This document shows, in pieces, positions 1-10,296 of a stretch of DNA of 34,486 nucleotides. The notes beneath the pieces are model-generated. The model ran no database searches and had not been told where the DNA came from. It saw only the letters and a program-made list of their open reading frames with translations. A program made the position numbers and the translations under genes. This DNA is from Paraglomus brasilianum. Taxonomy: Eukaryota. Location: the NCBI GenBank assembly GCA_910592345.1, contig CAJVPI010000338.1, forward strand, positions 1 to 34,486, read 5' to 3'. The first letter of the stretch is position 1. Each line of letters starts with the position of its first letter.

Positions 1-3000
1 TGCGCTGGTAATGTGCCAATATATATTACTGACGACGGAAGATTAAGATCATTTCTTGAACATATAACTCTTGATTCGGAGGAAGAAGAGTCATTAGACA
101 CCATTAATGAAACAGCATTAGAATGTCCAAAAGTGTACGGATTAGACAAAAGTACAAAAAAGCTGAAAGAGTCAACTCGGATAATTGTAAAGAGAATAGA
201 GCCATGGGTACCAGGTAGTAGCATAATAGGTATATGGTTAGATGTAGACAAGAGAAAACAATTTATTATCGGACAGACGTGTGTACAATTATGGAAATAT
301 ACCAAGAACGGTAAACCTCGATTACTGTACATGTACGTAAAACCCGAAAAGAATGTTGAGAAATCTACTTCAAATGGCACGGAAGAAGAGAAGTTTGCTT
401 TGGATGACACGAAAGAAAGGATATCTGTTCTGGATGACACGAAAGAAAGGATATCTGTTCTAGATGACACGAAAGAAGAGACGACTAATTTAGACAAAAA
501 GGGAGATGAGAATCTTACTTCAGGCTACAGCACTGACGAGCCCAGAATCACTATCGATGGTGAGAAATTCCGTTTCAGAACAACAGCTGACGAGAATTCT
601 GAACATAACTTGGAGATCCGATGGCCGCTCGATCCTTGTAAAGTGGTTATCGATGCATGTCGAGCACTCCATTGGCTAGAGGAAAAGAAAAAACGATACG
701 TAGATGACGGTTCCAAGCGAAATAAACGCACCTACATTATATTTTATGAGCTGAAACATCAGCTCACCGACGTTGTTCGAAGATTCATTCAAAAACATCC
801 TAACGAATGGCGCCTACTCGAAGTGCGATATGAGTTGATGCAATGGTTACTTAGTGGAGGATGTTCTCGTCTGATAAAAGATATTGTCGCAGTAAGTGAT
901 GTTCCGGAAGGTGAGGATAGTATTAGTGAAGGACGTAAATATATACGAAACCGGCAAATACCACTCCACTTTCCGCGAGTGCACACATGGGAGGCCGATG
1001 AATATGGAAACGCAGGGAAGAAAAGCGACTTGATAATAACTATCGAAAAGAAGGATAAGTTGACCGACAACTTCCTCACCTATTACGCTCACTTTTCCAA
1101 CGAACATTTTGGTTGGATATGCACAGTAAGAAAAGCCTTACCTCTTCTATTTGGAAAAGATCGTAAGTAATGAATTATATGTAGACATTTTAAATCGGTT
1201 GGGTTTATTAATGTGGATGGTTCTTATTAATCTGAAATTTGTCTCGTTGCAATAGATTTAGATATTCCTAAAAACAGATTTTTTGCTCATCCAACATTCA
1301 TGGGAAGACCTACATCACAGCATGAGATCCCCTTAAGGGTGTACTCAAATATCTTTCGTTCACTACCGAAGTTAACAGACAACTTGAAATCGCTAAGAGT
1401 GGACAAAGTAGTCGATAATATGAGACATATCCATTTAAAGACGGATTTGAAAATGATACGTCATACGATAAGTTCTCGAAATCTTTTTTACTTTATTGTC
1501 ATTCCTTCATACGTGTGGGAATTCGCTTTAAACATTTGGCATATTGTATACAGGACGAGGTGAGCATTTTATATCTGTGTTGATTTGTATATTTTATTTT
1601 TGTACACGCATTGTTGTGTTGACAAATTTACGCGGATTTCTAGAGATCCCGAGAAGCGCCCTGAGAATTATGTAAAAGTTTTGCGTCGTGTCCCAATGCC
1701 ATGCGATGAGGATGTGGCCAAGTTGCTTCAGCAGTCTATCAATGACGAGTATAGCGAAATTTTCTTTGATAACCCAGCTATTGCCGGACTTATTAATTCG
1801 ACATGGGTAGTGGCCTATTTTTATTATCAATCGTATGTGATACTGAATGTATATTTTCTACTGTCATTCGGCATATATATCTTCCTTTTTAAAGACACGG
1901 ATAATCAAAGGGCTATAGCATATATAACGGGCGCATTGGGAATGTGTCTTGTAGTGCTTGAATTGATTAAAATACCATGGCTTATTTCAATGTATAACAG
2001 AATCAAAATGTCATACAACCTGGTTTTATATATATTCCCCATTGTGTTAACTATTATTTTAGAGACTCAAAAAGAATACATTGGGAGTATAGTATTACAC
2101 GTCCTCGCTGCTACTGCTACATTTATGTTATGGCTCAAATTCCTGATGCTTTTGAAACCATATGAAGGTAAGGAAGGCGTATATTCTTATATAGATATTC
2201 ATGTGGGATTACACTAACGAAAGCCTCTAATTCATGATTCAGGTGTTGGCACTTATGTATACATCGTCATTAGCATATTCGAGCATATTTCCTTGTTCTT
2301 TGTATCATTCTTTATTCTTGTGATTGCAGTTGGACACACCATGTAAGTTCTTACAGCCGCATCTTCATTCATTCGAGACCCAGTTAAAGACTAATTTGTA
2401 CTTCATATCAAATAGGTATGTGTTTTTACATGATCCATCGGATATTAAATTAACACCAAATGCTCTTGAATTCGGTGTCAATCTGACAACTCCCGATGGC
2501 GTCGTCGGGACAAATTACACCGTGTACCAGAAATTAGATGAAGAAGATGTCTCGGACAATGGCTTTGCAAGCTTCTGGAACTCGGTAATTTCAGCTTATG
2601 GCTGGACTAATGGAAGATGGGACGGTCTGGATTGGAACTACTATCCGCTTAAACTATTCGTCATTGCCTCGAGTTTACTTCTAGTTATTGTTATGTTGAA
2701 CATCCTTATTGCTATCATCGGAGATGTATATGTCGCTGCCAAGATAACTGGTAGACGAGAAATCGTAAGGTCGCGCGCAATATTTTTGTTGTAAGTATGA
2801 CCCACAAATTGTCTCCCGACTTTCTGCATTAATTCCAATGTTGACCGAGATACTCTATTGCAGATATTATTGCAGATGGATTCTCAACGCTATAAGAGAA
2901 AGCAATTCACAATATATATATGTCTTTGGTAACCATCTTCAATTCGAAAATTGGGGTGAAGAGAAAAAAAGTTTTCGAGATCTTACTGATCCACTGGTGG

Positions 3001-3098
3001 GAAGGTCGGCAAAAAGCGATAATAAGATCAATTTGTCGACATTAATTCGTAAACTCGGGAAGGAAATCAAATTGTTTACGTACAGGAGAGCATCATGA
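1..3098 (+). CDS. TRP-like cation channel, paralogue A (5' end lies outside the window)
   Basis: GT-AG exons <1-1162, 1256-1559, 1644-2167, 2243-2342, 2416-2790, 2864-3098 join in frame. TRP-like signatures: pre-S1 FFDNPAIAGLINSTW, S4-S5 WLKFLMLLKPYEGVGTYVYIVISIF, pore helix FWNSVISAYGWTNG, S6 LLVIVMLNILIAIIGDVY. Colinear with the copy at 5599-9888. Confidence 0.8.
401..480 (+). repeat. In-frame 30-bp tandem repeat (~2.7 units) encoding LDDTKERISV
   Basis: tggatgacacgaaagaaaggatatctgttc at 401 and 431, partial third unit at 461; absent from paralogue B. Confidence 0.95.
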
Positions 3099-3314
3099 CC
3101 ATCGACTTCCCAAAAGAATTAAAAAATGTTAAGTTAACGAATTCAATACTGACAATTAACTATAGTATGGGTTACTAGCTTTTGTTGTGACTTTCCTGTT
3201 AGCCAATGGAATTAATCATTCACCACCCCAGTCAGTTAAATGGTAGGGTACACCTTTAGCGTTCAATCGTTGGTGGAGATAATAAAAGAACGCAAAACCT
3301 CAGTTAAATGGTAG

Positions 3315-3771
3315 TACGTAGGCACTCTCGATAAGTCGGACTCGTCGGGGTGAAGATTTTATCCGACTTATCGAATTTCAAATAACAAAAAACCTCTCCT
3401 TTTATTTAAATATAAGCAATAATAATAATGCATTCGCTTTCTTCCAATTTGATGTTTTAGGCCATTCATTCTCGAGATTACCGATCCACTTTTATATTAT
3501 TTTGAATGCCATCCAAAACAACTGTATTGCTTTTGGTTTCTCCCTCTTCTCTTTCGTCGTCTTCTGGTATTTTCGAATATTTAACTGTATTGTATTTACT
3601 AAAGCGGTAAGATTATCCATTCGATTGAAATATTATTACAGCTTTATCGCGATTTTATATGTGTTCCGACTTATCGGATTTTTTTAAATATTCAAAAAAG
3701 GACGAGAAATTTTGTTAAGCCAAATCCGGCTTATCGTTATCGAGTGTCCGACTATTGAGGTTGACTATGTA
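3315..3771. mobile_element. Non-autonomous MITE-like element, probably Tc1/mariner-pogo type
   Basis: Perfect inverted pair tcgataagtcgga (3328-3340) / tccgacttatcga (3362-3374). The motif recurs at 3665 and 3725. The right end ttatcgagtgtcc...gaggttgactatgta is a degenerate reverse complement of the left end; TA at both borders; AT-rich non-coding interior. Confidence 0.6.
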
Positions 3772-3849
3772 CACAGTCACAATTTCTTCGTAATAATAAA
3801 TAATAAAAAAAAAGTTAGAAACAAATGTTCCAGAGGTCAATAATTTGAT

Positions 3850-4040
3850 GGGTAGCATGTTGGTATTGGCGAGATAGTTTCTAAGAGGATGGTTAAAGCG
3901 GAGTAGAACGTGACCTGATTCTTGCAATTACATTGGTCAAATTTGTATATCAACCAATGAAATTGTAAAAAAACTACTCCGCTTTAGCCTACCCCGTTTC
4001 GAAGCATATGGCCCGACTTGCCCAAATTACCACGTATGCT
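3850..4040. repeat. Fold-back (long degenerate inverted repeat) element
   Basis: ggttaaagcggagtag (3891-3906) pairs with ctactccgctttagcc (3974-3989) with one mismatch. Looser complementarity continues outward (agcatgttggtattggcgag vs cttgcccaaattaccacgtatgct). Confidence 0.6.
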
Positions 4041-4354
4041 AAAGAATTATGATAAATTGGACGAGTTTTATAGTAAGGAATGGTGTTTAATTCCAAATTT
4101 ATGTTAATTAGATTTAGTAGGTTAATAAAAAGTAATAGTAGAGGTAAAGCTCGTAATAAAAAATAGTGAGAATAAATTTCATATTAAATTTTTCTCCTTG
4201 TCATAAGCTATCAAACAAGAGATTATTGATAACAATTGATGCAGTTGTTAGCAGCAATAGTCTCTCTTTTTTTATTAACAATAAATTCGTTAAACTAACC
4301 ACGAACTGTTGTTACAAATCGAATCGCTAGAATGTATTAGAATCAACAACCGAA

Positions 4355-4490
4355 GCACTACAATCATACGATTAAACATTGAAACATGTAACTAGATTAT
4401 ACGATTAGAGCAGTATCATGTACGATAGAGCATTAAATCATACGATTAAAGCAGCAGACATGTCATTAGATCACACGATTAAAGCAGTAA
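4355..4490. repeat. Degenerate tandem repeat with core (A)TCATACGATTAAAGCAG
   Basis: About five variants (aatcatacgattaaa, gattatacgattagagcag, tacgatagagca, aatcatacgattaaagcag, gatcacacgattaaagcag) at roughly 20-35 bp spacing. Confidence 0.7.
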
Positions 4491-5598
4491 ATAGTTCTGT
4501 ATTGTCAGGGATGTGGAAATTTCGGCAACATCAAATTCTCTGAGACAAGCTAGCTACGGGAATATTTTACGATGTAAATCACAATAATAATACAAGCCGG
4601 CTTATAGAAATTTCAAGGTTTTGGTTTTCCCTCTGAGCGATTAATAGAAGGCCAAATTAATTAGATCTCGCTCAACATGCTCATGATCTTCGAGTATGAC
4701 GGCAAGTGAGAATTCTAGAAACAGTAACTGAAGCGAAATTACCGCCACATTGTAATGGCCAATAAGTTCCGTGCTTTTCCCACGAAAAACAGCTCAGGTG
4801 AACCGAAAGCGGATTGGTCGGGCAATTTTCTCACATAATATTAAGAAGTTAAGGGCATATTTAGAGTGCTTGCTTCATAGTTCTTTAAGTTTTTTTGGCT
4901 GGCACCGATTTAGAATAATACACAGCGTGCACTCTAGCGGCCGCCACTAGGCGCATAGCGGTAAATTCTCAAGGATTTGCTATTGATTATGCGTGAACGG
5001 TCTAACCTTTGCATCAGATGACCATAAGGTCTATCAACACAAACGGATTATGAGCAACGCTTCTTAGAAAGCTTTCCCCGTGAAAAACGGGAAGCGCTGC
5101 CTTTAATTCATTTGTTCTCATCAAGTTATTACTATTACTGATTCGTTCGTGCATAATTTATTACATTGTTAATCTCTAAAGTCTTAGTAATCACGATCTA
5201 CTTGACAAGCGCTAAATAAAGAAGTTGCGTGAAAGCATGTGGACAATCTTTGGATATACATCGTCGCGTACAGTACGTTTGAAACGAATAATTTCTGGCT
5301 AGCAATATAATTAGAACACTGAAAAAATCAAAAGGTTGTTTCATTTATAATGCTTATCCGAATGAAATCAAAAGAAGTTTCAACAAATCTAACTACTGTA
5401 GTACTAAAAGCATTATAAATTATGTAGAAACATAAAACTTTACTAATCAATTTTGTCTATTTCTTCGTTTCATCAGGACAAATCTCTTGTCAAGATTGAT
5501 GAAGAGTCACATGACATTAGTTGTAATAACCACTTGAAATAGAATATGTAACCACACACATTATCACTTCATGCTTGCGCTGAAGAGCAAGCTCCGAA

Positions 5599-8500
5599 AT
5601 GGACCAGATTTTTAACTCTTCAATTCAAGAAGACGGTGATAACAAAAAGAGATTTTATATTGCAATAAGCGACGACGGAAGGGAGATAGTCAAATTCGAT
5701 ACATGTGAGTATAAATAATTGGAGTGATTGACGAAAGCTAATTATGCTCGGCATCGCTTTTATCTCTTATATCCATCTCATCCATTATTAAATACCTCCT
5801 TATACTTCCAATGTTCTTTACTCAGACACTCGAATTCTAGAAACATGGCAAGTCTCTTATTCTCAGCGCATCGGGAAGCCTCAGTTCGAATCAACAGGCT
5901 TCAATTGTGTTGTCAAAAGCGATTATATATCTACTTCTGAGAGTCTAGCACTTGAGATGCCAACATGGAGTATTGCTATATCTAATGCAATAAATAGCGA
6001 CGGATTCACTATTGTTGCACTATCTTTTTATGTTGCGAATAAAGAGACTGATAAGGAAGAGCGAGAAAAAGAAAATCCATATAAAGAGAATGAAGGTGAA
6101 GATAGTGAGAAGAATCTGCCAGATCGTTCTTCTACTCGTGTGTTTATTATGGGAGGTTCAAGGAATACAGATGAGGAAAAGGCGAGTTCCACAAAGAACG
6201 CACGAAGAATAGGAACATCAGTGGACTATATAGCTGGAATAGTCAATTTTACTCTGCTTCCCAACTCTAATTGGCTGCTTACCGTGTTGAACAAAGAACG
6301 AATATTTCAGCACAAAATTGATCCAAATAAGGCAGACGATTTTTCGAAATTCTCTCGGACTAGCATCCCTCGCACATATGGACGTAGCAGAAAGTCAATC
6401 AAAAAATCCGGGGGGCAATTACAAACTGACGAGGAACAGTTTCAATTGCTCACAAGGAATATAAAGTCGCATTTATATTTTGAGACTGGGGTAAAAGATG
6501 CGGTTCACGCATATGATCTAAAGGACGGAAAACACATCTTAGAATTCTCTAATCACAACAACCCGAATCTGGTTGGCTTCGAAACACCGATATACGCAAT
6601 ATCAAAGAATCGTGTCTTATTAGCTGCCTGTCTTGATAATACATCTGTCGGCATATATCTGCTGGAGAATAGTTTGGAATGTGGAAAAAAGAATCTGATG
6701 GAAACTCATAGAGTAACGCTGATAGAATTCATTAATGATGACGAACAGCTATTAATTTTGAAAGAAGATAGAAAGACACGTGCTGTGGAGGTTACTATAT
6801 GGGAATTGTTTACATGCAGACCTGTCAGGAATGTAAAAATTAACGAGCTAAATAAGTTCTTCCAAAAACCCTCCAATATTCTTTATTCTACCGGCTGCGC
6901 TGGTAATGTGCCAATATATATTACTGACGACGGAAGATTAAGATCATTTCTTGAACATATAACTCTTGATTCAGAGGAAGAGTCATTAGACGCCATTAAT
7001 GAAACAGCATTAGAATGTCGAAAAGTGTACGGATTACACAAAAGTACAAACAGGCTGGAAGAGTCAACTCGGGTGATTGTAAATAGAATAGAGCCATGGA
7101 TACCCGGTAGTGGCATAATAGGTGTGTGGTTAGATGTAGACAAGAGAAAACAATTTATTATTGGACAGACGTGTGTACAATTATGGAAATATACCAAGAA
7201 CGGTAAACCTCGATTACTGTACATGTACATAAAACCCGAAAATATTGAGAAATCTACGGAAGAAGAGAAACTTACTTCAGGCTACAGCACTGACAAGCCC
7301 AGAATCACTATCGATGGTGAGAAATTCCATTTCTCAACGGCAGATGACGAGAATTCTGAACATAACTTGGAGATCCGGTGGCCGCTCGATCCTTGTAAAG
7401 TGGTTATCGATGCATGTCGGGCACTCCATTGGCTAGAGGAAAAGAAAAAACGATATGTAGATGACGGGTCCAAGCAAAATAGACGCACCTACATTATATT
7501 TTATGAGCTGAAACATAAGCTCACCGATGTTGTTCGAAGATTCATTCAAAAACATCCTAATGAATGGCGCCTACTCGAAGTGCGATATGAGTTGATGCAA
7601 TGGTTACTTAGTGGAGGATGTTCTCGTCTGATAAAAGATATTATCGCAGTAAGTGATGTTCCGGAAGGTGAGGATAGCGTTAGTGAAGGAAGTAAATATA
7701 TACGAAACCGGCAAATACCACTCCACTTTCCGCGAGTGCACACATGGGAGGCTAATGAATACGGAAACCCAGGGAAAAAAGATAGCGACTTGATCATAGC
7801 TATCAAAAAGAAGTATAAGTTGACTGACAACTTCCTCACCTATTACGCTCACTTTTCCAACGAACATTTTGGTTGGATATGCACAGTAGGAAAAGCCTTA
7901 CCTCTCCTATTTGGGAAAGATCGTAAGTATATAGACATTTTAAATCGGTTAGTTTATTTGTATGATTGCATTATTACGAATTTTAGTGCGGATGGTTCTT
8001 ATTAATCTCGTTGCAATAGATTTAGATATCCCTAAAAACAGATTTTTTGCTCATCCAACATTCGCGGGAAGACCTACATCACAGCATGAAATTCCCTTAA
8101 GGACGTACTCAAATATCTTTCGTTCATTACCAAAGTTAACAGACAACTTGAAATTGCTAAGAGTGGGCAAAGTAGTCGATAATATGAGATATAGCCGTTT
8201 GAAGACGGGTTCGAAAATTATGCGTTATATAAGTTCTCGAATTCTTTTTTCCTTTTTTGCCATTCTTTCATTTCCTCTATACATGAGTAAGTTCGCTTTT
8301 CTACCTATTTGGAATGCTGTATACAAAACGAGGTGAGCATTTTATATCCGTGTTGATTTGTATAATTTGTTTTTGTATACGCATTTTTGTGTTGACAAAT
8401 TGACGCGGATTTCTAGGGATCCCGAGAAGCGCCCTGAGAATTACGTAAAAGTTTTGCGTCGTATCCCAATGCCATGCGATGAGGATGTGGCCAAGTTGCT

Positions 8501-9888
8501 TCAGCAGTCTATTAATGACGAGTATAGCGAAATTTTCTTTGATAACCCAGCTATTGTCGGACTTATTAATTCGGCATGGGAAATAGCCTCTTATAATTAT
8601 CAATCATATGTGATATTGAATGTATATTTTCTGCTGTCATTCGGCATATATATCTTCCTTTTTGATGACACGAATAAGCAATGGGCAATAGCATATATAA
8701 CGAACACATTGGGAATGTATCTTGTAATGCTTGAATTGATTCAAATACCATGGCTTTTTTCAATACCACGGCTTCTTTCAATATATAACATAATCGAAAC
8801 GACATGCAACCTGATTATATATATATTCCCCATTGTGTTAACTATTATTTTGGAGACTCAAAAAGATTACATTGGGAGTATAATATTACACATCCTCACT
8901 GCTGCTGCTACATTTATGTTATGGCTCAAATTCCTGATGCTTTTGAAACCTTATGAAGGTAAGGAAGGCATGTATTGTTATATAGATATTCATGTATGGT
9001 TCCACTAATGAAAGCTCTAATTCATGACTCAGGTACTGGCACTTATGTATACATCGTCATTAGCATATTCGAGCATATTTCGGCGTTCTTTGTATCATTT
9101 TTTATTCTTGTGTTTGCAGTTGGACACACCATGTAAGTTCTTACAGCCGCATCTTCATTCATTCGAGACCCAGTTAAAGACTAATTTGTACTTCATATCA
9201 AATAGGTATGTGTTTTTACATGATCCATCGGATATTAAATTAACACCAAATGCTCTTGAATTCGGTGTCAATCTGACAACTCCCGATGGCGTCGTCGGGA
9301 CAAATTACACCGTGTACCAGAAATTAGATGAAGAAGATGTCTCGGACAATGGCTTTGCAAGCTTCTGGAACTCGGTAATTTCAGCTTATGGCTGGACTAA
9401 TGGAAGATGGGACGGTCTGGATTGGGACTACTATCCGCTTAAAATATTCGTCATTGCCTCGAGTTTACTTCTAGTTATTGTTATGTTGAACATCCTTATT
9501 GCTATCATTGGAGATGTATATGTCGCCGCTAAGATAACTGGTAGACGAGAAATCGTAAGGTCGCGCGCAATATTTTTGGTGTAAGTATGATCCACAAATT
9601 GTCTCCCGACTTTCTGCATTAATTCCAATTTTGACCGAAGTACTCTATTCCAGATATTATTGCAGAAGGATTCTCAACGTTATAAGAGAAAGCAATTCAC
9701 AATATATATATGTCTTTGGTGGCCATCTTCAATTCGAAAATTGGGGTGAAGAAAAAAAAAGTTTTCGAGATCTTACTGATCCACTGGTAGGGAGGTCGGC
9801 GGCGACAAGCTATAACGAAATGACACCATTCGAGAAGACAATCATGTTGCTTGTGTACAGGATAGCATCAATTTTCCAGAAGAATTAA
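5599..9888 (+). CDS. TRP-like cation channel with long N-terminal beta-propeller (WD40-like) region, paralogue B, apparently complete
   Basis: Exons 5599-5704, 5826-7922, 8020-8332, 8417-8958, 9033-9132, 9206-9580, 9654-9888, all GT-AG and in frame. Blade-like motifs (IAISDDGREIVKFD, WSIAISN, IYAISKNRVLLAAC, IEFINDDEQLLIL..VTIWELFT) are followed by the same 6-TM/pore/S6 motifs as paralogue A. Confidence 0.85.
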
Positions 9889-10296
9889 AATATTAATATA
9901 CACTGACAATTAACTATGGTATGGGTTACTAGTTTTTGTTGTGACTTTCCTGGAATTAATCGATCACCACCCCAAGTTAGATCTCGCTCCAATATGCTCA
10001 TGATCTTCGAGTATGAAATACAGTATCTGTGTGACCTTGCGAAATTGCCGCCACACTGTAATCGGGCAAACGAAGTTTCCGTGACCTTTACTTTAGAATC
10101 AAGATCTGATTTTACGATATTCTGACAAGTCGTCGTGAACCGAATGTTTGGTATGTGTTGTGTAGTCACTGTATTAATACATGCTTTTTGCTCGCCAACA
10201 ATTTTATTACGTTACAAATGATATTGTACAACCAACCAGAAACAACGTTTGACATAAATAGTACTAGATTACTATCATTACAATATTCATTATTGT

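Noticed and set aside
4355..4490. Repeat array as a CRISPR-like locus
   Set aside because: Repeats are degenerate with irregular, related spacers; eukaryotic context and no cas genes.
4932..4950. NotI-containing stretch ctctagcggccgccactag resembling a vector polylinker
   Set aside because: The match is short and inexact, with no other vector sequence adjacent.
525..9628. Minus-strand ORFs duplicated within both channel genes
   Set aside because: Antisense shadows of the + strand CDS; their recurrence follows from the duplication.
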